64,000 nucleotides of DNA from Octopus sinensis (GCF_006345805.1 NC_043004.1:92318001-92382000); one strand, 5' to 3'. Positions 25,873 to 39,540 are shown, numbered from the stretch's first letter. Notes: generated by a model from the sequence alone, not told the origin. Program-made: numbers and translations.

Positions 25873-25874
<2 letters not shown>
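25425..25874. mobile_element. Second fold-back copy of the 4476-4990 family (arms 25583-25687 / 25769-25874)
   Basis: Same loop sequence as the first copy; 25425-25566 is the reverse complement of ~4850-4990. Confidence 0.9.
25633..25721 (-). ncRNA. Hammerhead, paralog of 4534-4624
   Basis: Core CTGAAGA / GAAAC-ACGT-GTA intact. First stem I pair lost and 1-nt deletion in stem II. Confidence 0.7.
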
Positions 25875-25922
<48 letters not shown>

Positions 25923-26215
25923 TTAATTTGGTATACTTTCTGAAAATGAGAACCCAATTTAATTACAAAAACTTAGATTTATTAACAGTGAAAATATCAA
26001 ATGTTGATTAGAAAAATAATTCTGTTATTATGATGTAAATTAGTATCAAATTTTGAATGCAGGCATGTTTTCTCAGAAAATAAATAAAATTTAATATCAC
26101 TCTTCTATTTTATATTCTATTTTTAACTTCTCCATGTCATATATTTTGCTCATTATTATTGAGTTTAATTGAACCATCTTCGATTTTGGTTCAATGCAGC
26201 AATACTTCGTCAATC

Positions 26216-26645
26216 AAGTCGGCGAGCTGACGGAAACGTTAGCACGCCGGGCGAAATGCGTAGCCGTATTTCGTCTGCGTTACGTTCTGAGTTCAAATTC
26301 CGCCGAGGTCGACTTTCATCCTCCCGGGATCGATAAATTAAGTACCAGTTACGCACTTTGGTCGATGTAATCGACTTAATCCCTTTGCCTGTCTCTGTTT
26401 GTCCCCTCTATGTTTAGCTCCTTGTGGGCAATAAAGAAATAAGAAACATTAGCACTTTGGGCGAAATGTTTAGCGGTATTTCGTCTGTCTTTACGTTCTT
26501 AGTTCAAATTCTTCCGAGGTCGACTTTGCCTTTCATCCTTTCGTGATCGATAGATTAAATACCAGTTGCGTATTGGGATCGATCTAATCGACTGGCCTCC
26601 TCCCCAAAAATTTCGGTCCTTATGCCTAGAGTAGAAAAGAATATT
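26216..26645 (+). mobile_element. SINE family A, dimer-like
   Basis: Full copy followed by a second copy restarting at aaacattagcac (~26443). Confidence 0.85.
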
Positions 26646-26766
26646 TCATGAATCAACATTCTTGGAACAAGCGAGGGTCGGTAGCATATTTTCAAATTTA
26701 TCCGAAATTCGGGTAATGCAAGAACAAGTACAGTTATTATATATGTGTGTTTGTGTGTGTGTGTGT

Positions 26767-26821
<55 letters not shown>

Positions 26822-26932
26822 TGTGTGTGCGCGCCTGCTGGAAATGTATATACATTCATACAGTCATATACACACATACATACATGCATACATAAATGCA
26901 TACACACACACACCACACACATACATATATAT

Positions 26933-26965
<33 letters not shown>

Positions 26966-27061
26966 TGTGTGTGTGTGTGTATGCATTTATGTATGCATGT
27001 ATGTATGTGTGTATATGACTGTATGATGATATTAAATTTCCAGCAGGCGCGCACACACACT

Positions 27062-27105
<44 letters not shown>

Positions 27106-27482
27106 TGTAAAGAGTTCCGTACCACTGCATGGTACCTTGAGCAAATGTCTCTTACTGTAGCTTTGAAAACGGATTTGGTAGACGGAAACTAAAAGAACCC
27201 CGCTATATATGTACATATATGTGTGTGTGTGTTTGTGTGCGTGTTTGTGTGCATGTGTGTGTGTGTGTGTGCGTGCGTGTGTGTGTGTCCTTGTGTCAGA
27301 GTGTTTGTTCCTCACTACCGCTTGACAACCGGTGCTGGTGTGTTTACGTCCAAGTAACTTAGGTATTCGGCAACTGGGTTGATTAATTCTACTAAACTAT
27401 TCTCTAAGATGGTGCCCCAGTATGGCCGCAGTCTAATGACTTAAACAAGTAACAGATAAAATATATATTCATGCATACATAC

Positions 27483-27824
27483 ATACTCTTTTACTCTTTT
27501 ACTTGTTTCAGTCGTTTGACTGTGGCCATGCTGGAGCACCGCCTTTAGTCGAGCTAATCGACCCCGGGACTTATTCTTTGTAAGCTTAGTACTTATTCTA
27601 TCGGTCTCTTTTGCTGAACCGCTAAGGTACGGGGACGAAAACACACGGCGTCGGTTGTCAAGCGATGTTGGAGGTACAAACACAGACACACAAACATATA
27701 CACACACACTACCAAATCCACTCACAAGCTATAGTAGAAGACACTTACCCAAGATGCCACGCAGCTGGACTGAACCCAGAACCATGTGGTTCGTAAGCAA
27801 GCTACTTACCACACAGCCACTCCT
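27483..27824 (-). mobile_element. SINE family B, internally deleted
   Basis: Reverse-complement match to both head and tail of family B. Confidence 0.85.
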
Positions 27825-28192
27825 ACATAAATACATACAAACATACAGTCAAATTATCCAAACTCCAATGAAAAGGCTTTTGTTTCATTATAAGAAACCA
27901 GCTTCCGTTTTATAGAAACAATGCTAATATATAGAGTAGAAAAAGTCATACATACAAACATACACACATGCATGCATGCATTTACGCATGTGTGTGTGTG
28001 TCTGTGTTTTTTTGTGTGTGTGTGTGTGAAAGATTATTTAGGGGTGTTAATACCCTGAACTTGTACATAAAACTATTTCAAAATTGAACGAATCGATTAA
28101 CAATTTACATGATATTCTTTTATATGAATTCCCTATGGGATGCTTTTATGATATCATTGTTTTCACTCTCACCACGCAGCATTAGATCAGGT

Positions 28193-28223
<31 letters not shown>

Positions 28224-28439
28224 ATGTCAATCAATACAACTAAAAATGCATATTCATTTGTTTAAAAAACATTTCTAAGCTCGAATGAGGCTGCTGTTGC
28301 TAAGCATCTGGTTTGTCATGTTTAAGATGACCTAAACCTGCAATCATTTCTGTTTAGAATATCCAGTCATTTTATATATCTACGATTTGAATGTCTAGGA
28401 TTAATATCGTGGCTACAAACACCAGTATGGTTCTTCTGC

Positions 28440-28660
28440 ATAACATAACCATCTGTTTCACTCTGCAACAAAGTAACTCCGCACTAGTCGACCCATCAAG
28501 ATGAATGCATCTTACCTTCGGTATAGGTTTTACTAATAGACCCTATGAATTTCCATCTGCAAGTTATTAGCGTTATTATCATATTTATCCTAAGCTGAAG
28601 AGAGTTCCGCGCTGTATAACCATACCATCGGATTAACCTGGGGGATAGAATTAACAGATG
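28440..28660 (-). mobile_element. RTE-type LINE C-terminal remnant
   Basis: RLIRWYGYTAR resembles RLRWFGHV.R, followed by KTYTEGK. Confidence 0.4.
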
Positions 28661-28708
28661 GTAGCTGACAAGAAGCATAGGAGTTTTCAAGACTAAACTA
28701 CTAAATGG

Positions 28709-28752
<44 letters not shown>

Positions 28753-29059
28753 ATCACGTGACCGACCAGACTATCAGATGTTGTTACACATCGCTGGTCA
28801 CTATACGCTTCGCATTGTTTTAGCCTTCAAATGACGCCACCCCACTGGCTAAGCGAGCAGGCCAATATATATACATATATATATGAGATCTAGTAAAACA
28901 GATTCACAAAATCAGCTCCCTTTAAGTTTGCTCAGATGTCTTTGAATTTTATTGTATCAATGCAACTCTGAATTATGATTACGATCAACCGATTACTTAA
29001 TCTGATAAATTAAAGAATCTGATGTTATTTGGTATTAAATTTTGGAAATTTGGGTAATT

Positions 29060-29110
29060 TTAGCCAATCAACAAACAGCGGGGCATTAACTTCTTGTTAC
29101 CATGACAACC
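29060..29110. promoter_or_regulatory. Candidate promoter module: CCAAT box, GC-rich motif and RFX X-box
   Basis: agCCAATca at 29062-29070, gcggggc, GTTACCATGACAAC at 29096-29109, inside a ~1.3-kb stretch free of recognisable repeats. Confidence 0.35.
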
Positions 29111-30383
29111 GCACGTTGTGTTGTGTTTCACTTCTCCTGCACGGTGTGATGAGTTGATACTTCACGCCACGAGATTCACTCCACACACGTGTTTTGTTTT
29201 AATAAAAATTTATATTTATCAATTAGAATTTTATTATTGATATTTTTCATCATTTGTCTTCATATTTTACATATTTTTCATATATAGCAAAAGTTGTTTG
29301 CGATGTTAATACAGTTTTTTGGCATTATGAAGGTGAATGAAATATGTGAACCTGGTGCATAACTTGGTACTGTCTAAGCATCGGTGACTCATCGGCTCAG
29401 TATTGCCAAGCTTTAGGGACACATTGACTCAGATAGCTAGATTTATGATTTCACTAGGTTAATTCTATTCATAAACATTTAAATTAGGAGTATTTCTTAA
29501 AGCGTTAGCTTCACATTTCAACAGCTTAACTGAAATTTAGCCCATGCAACAGGAACTGAGAGGGATATCGTGGAGCAGAGAAACTGTGGGTGATACAGAT
29601 AATTTGACATTATTTTTGAATTCTGCATGCAAAAATATATAAGACACAGGTAATCTTTTTCTTGGGACAAATTCTTTATTGACCAGTGTTATTCTTATCG
29701 TAGTTTACAAATACAAGCATGAAAATGTTACTCAACTTTGGAGCTTTATAGAGAGAGATGCCCCATTTTTAAACACGCGCACACACATATGAAGGCATAA
29801 CTGTACATATAAACTTATATATGAATACATATATATCTACATATTAATGATGTACACAAATACATGACAGATATACATAATACTGAAATACGCATAAAGT
29901 AAACATATGCAGACAAATATATGAATATAGCAAATTTTAAAAAAATGATAACATACGAAACTCTATAGAAATCAATGAAGAGACAAAAGAAACAGTAAGA
30001 TGATACATGTTGATTTTATTACGCATTTCTGTTTATTTAGAAACCTACAATGAACAAAGCTATAAATTTCACCGGGCACAACCTTAAAGTTAACACTGCT
30101 AAACACAGGCAATTTCTGTCATGCTATTGGCTAAAAATACACATTTTGGGGAGATTTTTAAACTTCTGTAACTTTTTACTTCAATTTTTCCTCCTCAACA
30201 TCATGCCTTCATAGCAATAAGAGTGGAAAACTACAATAATATAGCCGATTTTCAGACTTTTTACTTCCTCTTAAAACATGCAGATTATATATATGTATAT
30301 ATATATATTTAAAAAAATTAGCAGCGATGGCTTTTGGGGTGGATAATTTTTATTTTAGGGGTATATATATATATATATACACA

Positions 30384-30426
<43 letters not shown>

Positions 30427-30520
30427 CATTAAAATAAAAATTGTTCCCTCCAAAAGCCATCTCTTCTCATTTTTTCAAATATATTATACTGTATCAAGAA
30501 GCTTTTTTGTATCATCCTAC

Positions 30521-30581
<61 letters not shown>

Positions 30582-30658
30582 AGGGATGGTTGAATGGACA
30601 AACAGACGGACGGAGAGACAGATATATATATATAGAGAGAGAGAGAAAGAGAGCGAGC

Positions 30659-30696
<38 letters not shown>

Positions 30697-30986
30697 TAGA
30701 TAGATAGATAGATAGATAGATAGGCAGGTAGATAGATAGATAGATATTCGCATACATTCCTCTATAATGAATGACTCACTAACAGTGCAAGTGTGACTGT
30801 CATTATATAGCGAGATAATGCATTTACATTACGTACAGTGTCACCTAAATAGAGCACATCATAAATTTACACCAGAAGTGTTTATTGATCTATGTTAATA
30901 GGTTTATAAATGCGCATACAGTCAGACACAAGCTCACGTCCAGACATGTATGTATGTGTGTACGCATTCAGGTATATATATATATG

Positions 30987-31063
<77 letters not shown>

Positions 31064-31386
31064 TGACACATATATGTATGCAAAAAGGAATATGTATATA
31101 TATATATATTTATAGGAAGAGAGAGAGAGATCAATTATCTACGTTTGTATTGAGTACCTAATACAAACGTAGAGCTTTGATAGTAAGCATATTTAGGCCA
31201 GTTGAGTAGACTGTTGTTCTGTCCGTTACCACGGCCCGCAACCGCTTCTCCAGAAATGTCAAATTCATCGAAGGTGTTTGATTTGTCTGGAAAAGCTGTC
31301 TGCCGTGGTCCAGCCCAATAGAGTGCGCGTGCAACTGTGATTGAGTGTGTGTGTGTGTGTGTGTGTGTTTGTGTGTGTGTTTGGGT

Positions 31387-31426
<40 letters not shown>

Positions 31427-31779
31427 TGTGGTGTGTGTTTGCGCCTGCGTGTGTATTCGAAAACATACATGCGAATGTGAGAAAATACATACGGTCACAC
31501 ACTGTCACATGCACACACACTCACACACAAACACACATATATGTATATATACACGTGTGTGTGTGTGTGCGTGTTTGTGTATTTGTATACACATAGTCAC
31601 ACTGACGAACGGGCACATACAGGTATATGTATGTATGTAGAGGTAAAGATAGCAAGAGAGAAAGAGAGAAACATACAGACGGAGAAAGAGTGAGAGAGAG
31701 AAAGTCCGCTTGCTCTCTATATATATAATTCACAGTTTGATCCATCGATTAAGTCGTAACTGGTTTATGTGTACACTAT

Positions 31780-31925
31780 ACTACTACTACTACTACTACT
31801 AATACTAATACTAATACTACTACCGCTACTACTACTATCACCACCACCACCGCTACTACTCCACCAGTACTACTACTACCACCACTACTACTACTACCAC
31901 CACTACTACTACTACCACCACCACC

Positions 31926-31980
<55 letters not shown>

Positions 31981-31996
31981 ATACTACTATTACTAT

Positions 31997-32034
<38 letters not shown>

Positions 32035-32053
32035 TTACTACTACTACTACTAT

Positions 32054-32119
<66 letters not shown>

Positions 32120-32214
32120 CACTACTACTACTACTACTACGCCTACTACTACTACTACTACTACGCCTACTACGCCTACTACGCCTACTACTACTACTAC
32201 TACTACTACTACGC

Positions 32215-32245
<31 letters not shown>

Positions 32246-32420
32246 GCCTACTACTACTACTACTACTACTACTACGCCTACTACTACTACTACTACTGCT
32301 ACTGTCACTGCTGCTAGGTCTGTTGCTGCTGTGCTGTCGTTGCTGTTGCTTTTGTTTTTGGTGGTGGTGGTGGTGGTGGTGATGGTGGTGGTGGTTGGGG
32401 TGGTGGTGGTGGTGGTGTTT
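31780..32420. repeat. (CTA)n/(CCA)n trinucleotide array followed by (GGT)n
   Basis: Direct reading; source of the poly-V and poly-Y ORFs. Confidence 0.95.
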
Positions 32421-32767
32421 GCGGCGGCTGGAGCGATAGTCTTTCTTCTGTTACGATTCTTAATGATAAAAATATAATATTAATCATAACAAGCATGCAC
32501 CGCAACAATAACAACGATAACAAAGACAATGTCTGTTTCTCGAAGTTCCTGATCAATGATGGCAGTTATTGATTTCTTTTCCATCTCTTGTATTGAGTGA
32601 TCCCAGAGAATTATAAGTAGATTTTCCCCCCAAGGGTCAGTGACTACTTTTTAAGCACTTCAGTAAAGAAGGAAATTAGAAATGAAAAAAAAAGAAAAAA
32701 GAAAAAGGAAAACAAGAAATCTAAGCGAATTAAAAATATATATAACGTCGTAAATGTGTGTGTGCGT

Positions 32768-32813
<46 letters not shown>

Positions 32814-33400
32814 GAATTGTTTGTTTGAAAACAATAGATACTTAAAAACCTGCAACCAGCCACAAAGCATTCTGGGATATAAAATACAACTTGTTTTTTT
32901 TTCAAGTTTACTTTTTTTAAATTTTAGTTGTAATTATTTCTGTTTTTAAAATCTTTGACGCCATATTTGGAATGATTTATCATCAACATTCGCCAACGTG
33001 GGTGTGATGGAAGAGCAGGAAATGGTAGCTGAAACTACCTTAAAAAAGTCGTCCTGTTGCCTTAAAATAATGCGAGAATACATTGTTGATGGTCGAAGGA
33101 AATATGGAGAGACGTTTTATATTCAGAAACAGACTAAATTTTCACTATTCTTTTCCACATCTTTTTTAATGTTTAGAGGGACGTGTGGCTGTTATTTCTT
33201 GTACACACTTAGATACACCCTGGTTGTCTTGATTCGATTATTGATGTTGATATTGTAGTTAATGATGGTGGAGGTGTAGTCGAGGTCAGACGTACTCTGG
33301 GTGACCTATTATTGTTGTTGTTATTCATGTTACGTCAACCCTGAACCAGTACACATGATCAAAAACATTCCAGATGTAGTCATTTCTCCTGTTTATACAA

Positions 33401-33584
33401 TAGGCCCAGGCGTGGACGTGTGGTAAGAACCTTGATTCTTAACCACAAGATCCGGGTTCAGTCCCACTGTGTGGCACCTTGGGCAAGTGTCTTCTACTAT
33501 AACCTCGGGCGGACCACAGCCTTCTGAGTAGATTTGATAGACGGAAACTGAAAAAAGCCTGTCGTGTATATGTGTTGTGTGTGT

Positions 33585-33616
<32 letters not shown>

Positions 33617-33797
33617 CTCACCACCGCTTGATAACCAGTGTTGTTTACATCGGGTAGCGTAGTGGTTCGGCAAAACGGTAACGATATATTGAGTATTAGT
33701 CTTTAAAAAAATAAGTCGTAAGGTCGATTTATCTGACTAAAGCTGTTCGGAGTAGTGCCCCAGCATAGCCGCAGTCAAATTACTGAAACAAGTAAAA
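33401..33797 (+). mobile_element. SINE family B
   Basis: Head, ccttgggcaagtgtcttctactat core and tail present. Confidence 0.85.
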
Positions 33798-33990
33798 TAT
33801 ACAAGATGAAAACAATGTATCTCTGGAACTACACTATTTAACATGCCCTTCCTCCTTTAACATGATACTTTCATATTAGAGGTTGATTTGACGATTGCTT
33901 TTAGCAGGTCAAACAACAAACAGCGTTGTTTCAATGAGTAATATAACTTTGATGTTATTACTATTATTTAGCCCCAAGCTAGAAATATAT

Positions 33991-34052
<62 letters not shown>

Positions 34053-34057
34053 TATAT

Positions 34058-34089
<32 letters not shown>

Positions 34090-34615
34090 CCTTTCTGCAA
34101 ACATGTTCGAATGTGTGGTGAGTGACATAAGCCCTGGAGAGAACTAAGTTATATCAATCTAAGGTTTGCCATTTCGACCTGTAACACTAAATTTGTTTTG
34201 GAGCAAAACCAGAAATAATTTCTCTTATGGAACTAATTAGTTTATATGTCCAGTGGTATGTTATGCAATTTCCCGCGAATAGATACCTTCACATACACGT
34301 ATAATGCATTAGTTGTATTACACTGGTGTGAAAAGCAATTAAACGAAAGCAAGTTCTTAATGCAATGAGAGAAAGCAGAATAATATTCTGATTAGTATGT
34401 AGATTATATAAGTACATCTATATATGCTAGCTGTTGTCTAACAGACACTCTCTAAGTAACTCGTACCTCACTTTACCTCTTGCATTAATTATCTCTCTGG
34501 CAATAAGAAATAGTAAGACGGAAAACGCTTTCTCTTGGCTGACGAGAATATCGGTTGCTCTGTCAGCCACATATCTGCTTCACAATGTTCCCTATCCCAA
34601 ATATTCTCACTGTAT

Positions 34616-34996
34616 ATGTGGAGGCGCAATGGCCCAGTGGTTAGGGCAGCGGACTCGCGGTCATAGGATCGCGGTTTCGATTCCCAGACCGGGCGTTGTG
34701 AGTGGTTATTGAGCGAAAACACCTAAAGCTTCACGAGGCTCCGGCAGGGATGTTGGTGATCCCTGCTGTACTCTTTCACCACAACTTTCTCTCACTCTTA
34801 CTGTTGTACCTGTATTTCAAAGGGCCGGCCTTGTCACTCTCTGAGTCACGCTGAATATCCCCGAGAACTACGTTAAGGGTACACGTGTCTGTGGAGTGCT
34901 CAGCCACTTGCACGTTAATTTCACGAGCAGGCTGTTCCGTTGATTCGGATCAACCGGAACCCTTGTCGTCGTAACCTACGGAGTGCTTCCATCCAG
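34616..34996 (+). mobile_element. SINE family C, full length
   Basis: A and B boxes; 11-bp TSD tctcactgtat at 34605-34615 and 34997-35007. Confidence 0.92.
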
Positions 34997-35744
34997 TCTC
35001 ACTGTATGTTGCCTGGTTTCGGTGTTAAACAAGGAGGTTCTAAACAGTCGTTCGAACTAACTAACAGAAACGGATAGCTGTCGAATCTCATTTTCAAGTC
35101 AACCGTATGATGTTAAATAAATAATATATCGTGCAATGAAAATTCTGATATATAAAAACATAGGATGGTCATAATAAGAATACGTTCATGATAGAGATGA
35201 GGCGAGATTAAAACAGTACAGCAACAATCAAATTTATTTCAAGCCAACGAAGTCGTTCGACCTGCTACGTATAAAAGTCAATTTTTCATCGAAACACATA
35301 CAGCCATCTAATATCGGGTAAGGTCCCATCCAACAATGTAGTCTTATAAATATAAAAAGACGAGAAAATATACGCTTTTTACTAAAGATGGAAAATGAGA
35401 TTGTTCACAAGGCAGTATTTCTCTTCGTTTGTTCAAAGCTGAATGTATGCGATTCACGGAAAACCGACTTCCGGTGTGCATATGTATGTGTATGCATGAG
35501 TGTTAGTGTGTATGTGGGCGTGTGTGTGTGTTTGTGTGTGTGTGCACGCGCACAAGTGAGTGAGTGGGTGAAATTGTGGTGTAAAAGGTTGAGATACAAA
35601 CCGAGGTGTACAATAAATCCTGGTTTGTAAAAATTTCGCTCCGAGTAGGAAAAAGAAACCCAACAAATTGAGAATCGCTAACTATGGAGAGCTAAAATAT
35701 ATCACTGGACAGGTTTCGATAAAAGTGCTACGTATCAAGTCTTA

Positions 35745-36145
35745 TAGGCGCAGGAGTGGCTGTGTGGTAAGTAGCTTGCTAACCAACAACATGGTTCCGG
35801 GTTCAGTCCCACTGCGTGGCATCTTGGGCAAGTGTCTTCTGCTATAGCCCCGGGCCGACCAATGCCTTGTGAGTGGATTTGGTAGACGGAAACTGAAAGA
35901 AGCCTGTCGTATATATGCATATATATATGTGTGTGTATATGTGTTTGTGTGTCTGTGTTTGTCCCCCTAGCATTGCTTGACAACCGATGCGGGTGTGTTT
36001 ACGTCCCCGTCACATAGCGGTTCGGCAAAAGAGACCGATAGAATAAGTACAGGGCTTACAAAGAATAAGTCTCGGGTCGATTTGCTCGACTAAAGGCGGT
36101 GCTCCAGCATGGCCGCAGTCAAATGACTGAAACAGGTAAAAAGTA
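35745..36145 (+). mobile_element. SINE family B, full length
   Basis: taggcgcaggagtggctgtgtggtaag...gactgaaacaggtaaaaag. Confidence 0.92.
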
Positions 36146-36619
36146 TACTTTTTGCCAATAATAATTTACAAAATTAAAATAAAATTAAAAATGAATAAGG
36201 GACATAACTCAAATAGCATAAATATGGCTAATCAAGTTTTATGGTACATATTGAGTGGCATATGCAATATACTCTGAAATTATTGGAATTTCTCACGAAC
36301 TAGAAAACAGAAAAAGAAAAGCCTAGAGATAACTATTTGCATCATCGGAGAAATGGGGAGATAATTTCAGGAAATCAATAAGTAATTTGCCAAGTTAATT
36401 TACAGATCTGTATGTGAATATGTATGTATATGTATGTATGTATGTGTATATGTGTATATGAATCTATGTATGGATGTAAGTATTTATGTATGTATGTATG
36501 TATGTATGTATGTATGTATGTATGTGTGTATGATTGTGGGTGTATATGTGTCTGTGTGTGCGTGTGCTACCACATGTATGTTTGTGAGGATGTATGTGTA
36601 TTCGTATATATATATATAA

Positions 36620-36706
<87 letters not shown>

Positions 36707-37313
36707 TCTAGCGTATACACTCAGATTTCTAAATGTCTACATGTGTATGTATGCATGCATATACGTATGTCTGTACGTACGTACGTATGTATACTATATT
36801 GTTCTACAGAATATATCAAAAAACGTTGTATAACAATACAGTGTTTACGCCTACTTATATACATAGTGTTACCAAAAACGTCTATAGATATATTCTTTAG
36901 TAGAGTACAAAAGTGAAGCAAATCACTATTAATTCACTAGTAATTCGTTCATGATTCTAACAGATAAGAATGCTTCATTCGTGCAAATTGCTCCAGCCAA
37001 TTTACTGACGCCCGTCATAATAGTGTGTTTATGCAGATTATTACCGTGGACAGCGAAAGAAAGTAATCAGTTGTAGATAAAATACCAACATAAAGTTGAA
37101 TTAGTCCAGCTGATCTTAGTTTTTCTACTTACGAAGATATACACAGAAAAGATGCTTATATATTTCCATATGTGCAATGTTGGTTAAAAATCTGTTGATA
37201 TATTTACAGTACACTATAGTATTTAAACAAAAAAGTGTGACAGACAACACAAGTCGTATATATTTTTCTACATATATTTATAATAATGTCAGGGTTGTAA
37301 ATTATATATTGTA

Positions 37314-37349
<36 letters not shown>

Positions 37350-37354
37350 TGTAT

Positions 37355-37632
37355 CGTGAGTTCGATCCTCGCCAGAACGTTCGGGTTCTTTGAGACCTGC
37401 ATGGGGTGGATGTCGGTGTCTTCAAAATAAAGCTGAACCTCTTCCTGTCAGGTGTCCCAGATGAACTAACTTCGCGGCAGGAGGTGCAGATGAGGGCAGC
37501 TGCATCAAACTCTTTCATGCACCAAATGTCAATTCCTAAAAAGCATCTGTGAAGTAAAATTATGTAGCAACACCAAATGTCGGTGCCCCAGCATGGCCAC
37601 AACTCGTGAGCTGAAACTAGATAAAATAATTT
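37355..37632 (+). mobile_element. CR1/L2-type LINE 3' end
   Basis: 37394-37552 translates to DLHGVDVGVFKIKLNLFLSGVPDELTSRQEVQMRAAASNSFMHQ..*, resembling the FK.KLD.FL..VPD..RAA.SNS terminus. Confidence 0.7.
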
Positions 37633-37704
37633 TTTTTATAAATCATAAAGGACTACTAATATTTGATACAGAACCCGATACTTCAGGCAGACTGGGCACT
37701 TGTG

Positions 37705-37750
<46 letters not shown>

Positions 37751-37753
37751 AAC

Positions 37754-37837
<84 letters not shown>

Positions 37838-37850
<13 letters not shown>

Positions 37851-38618
37851 GGACTGTATCCCTGTTAGATGTGGCTCACGTTGTATTGCTACGTGTGTTA
37901 GTATGTGTGTGTGTGTGTGGCAAGATGTAATATATGTATGTATTTACCTTATTTACGGCTGTCTGGGTGTTTTTCTATAAGTTATTTTTGCAGCTTGCCA
38001 AATGATTTGGCTGTGATTTTGTTGGTCAACGGTTAACCACATAATATATTATATAGTAATTGTCTATCACTGAATACTGCCAAGACTGCGAAATCTCACT
38101 GCCCATAGCCTACGGTATCAATTGAAAGCCAATGAATGTATCTGTATAGCTTCACTCATTCCACTGGCTACTAGAAAAGCTGCGATCAAATCTCACATAT
38201 TGTCTGCAGAGGATTCATATAATATTGTTTGAGTAATGACAGGACTCATAACATACAATAGGCCCAAGTGTAGTATAGTTGAAACAAAGACGGAAGGGCC
38301 ACGTCTGGAACAGTTTGCGCAGGAATTTGTCACTCGATCTATTTGAAATAGCTGCTAAAACTTTTTAAATCAAATCCTGAAATAACCTTGGAAAATAACC
38401 TTGGTACTTAAATAACCCTAGAAAATAACCTTGGTACTTATTCAATCATTCCCTTTTGCCGAACCACTGCAAAAATAACTTATAGAAAAACACCCAGACA
38501 GCCGTAAATAAGGTAAATACATACATATATTACATTTCGCGACACACACACATACTCCCACACGCAGTAATACAACGTGTGCCACATCTAACAGGGATAC
38601 AGTCCTCTATCTATCTAT
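37838..38618. repeat. Inverted duplication (37838-37993 / 38467-38618)
   Basis: ~155-bp arms, moderately diverged, with a stuttered junction at 38383-38467. Confidence 0.88.
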
Positions 38619-38839
38619 TGGATAATGGAGACCTAAGTGTACAAAGAGCATTTAGAGATGGAATATTTTGATCAGGTGCTGCTCTACAAGGGCTGGCTTG
38701 GGCCTAAAGAGCAACACTATAACTACTATATTAACAAGAACAAGATTAAACTAATATAGTCAGGTTTAAGAAGCCTTTTAGTACCAGGAATCATTTTACA
38801 GATTCATAATTATTATGAAATAATTTACTATCTTTTATC

Positions 38840-39168
38840 TTTTACTTATTTCAGTCAACAGAAAAATTTTTAGTTGAATGTATTGCCCACTGTACTTATT
38901 CTTTTTTTAACCTTGGTACTTATTCAATCATTCACTTTTGCCGAACCACTAAGTTATCAAACGGTGTTGGGGAACAAACACAGACACAAAGACTCGCGCG
39001 CGCACACCTATATACGATATTTTCTTTCACTCTACCAAATCCACTCATTAGGCTTTGGTCCGTCTGAGACTATAGTAGAACACACTTGCCCAATATGTCA
39101 CACAATGGGACTGAACCCGGGACCGCATGTTTGGAAAGCATACTTCTTACCACACAGCCACGCCTGTG
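38840..39168 (-). mobile_element. SINE family B, degenerate
   Basis: Reverse-complement match to family B head and tail. Confidence 0.75.
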
Positions 39169-39329
39169 CCAATTAATTAACTAGTTAATTATAAGTCTTT
39201 AAATACTAAACAGGTAAGACGTCACTGGTTACTGTGCTGTAAACTTAATGAAACTCCTTATCTTCTTTTCATTATGATAAGATTAGTTCTGCCTTGCATT
39301 TGCAAGTACATCACTATCATAGAGGACTG

Positions 39330-39540
39330 TAAGGCGGCCAGCTGGCAGAGTTGTTAGCACCACGGGCAAAAAGCCTAGCGGCATTTCGTTCATTTTTACG
39401 TTCTGAAAAGTTGCCATAATCGGCTTTTCCTTTCGTCCTCTCAGGGTCGATAAAATGAGTACCAGTTGAGAACTGGTCAATGTAGTCGCTTACCCACACC
39501 CCCGAACTTGCTTGTCTTGTGCCAAAATTTAATACCGATT
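39330..39540 (+). mobile_element. SINE family A
   Basis: taaggcggccagctggcagagttgttagcac head. Confidence 0.8.

Noticed and set aside
30041-30110. KAINFTGHNLKVNTAK, a faint RRM C-terminal resemblance
   Set aside because: Too short, no RNP1/RNP2 exons found, and it needs a non-canonical GC donor.
34533-34570. tggCTGACGAga...ctctgtcagcca hairpin
   Set aside because: Simple stem with no GAAA; not a hammerhead.
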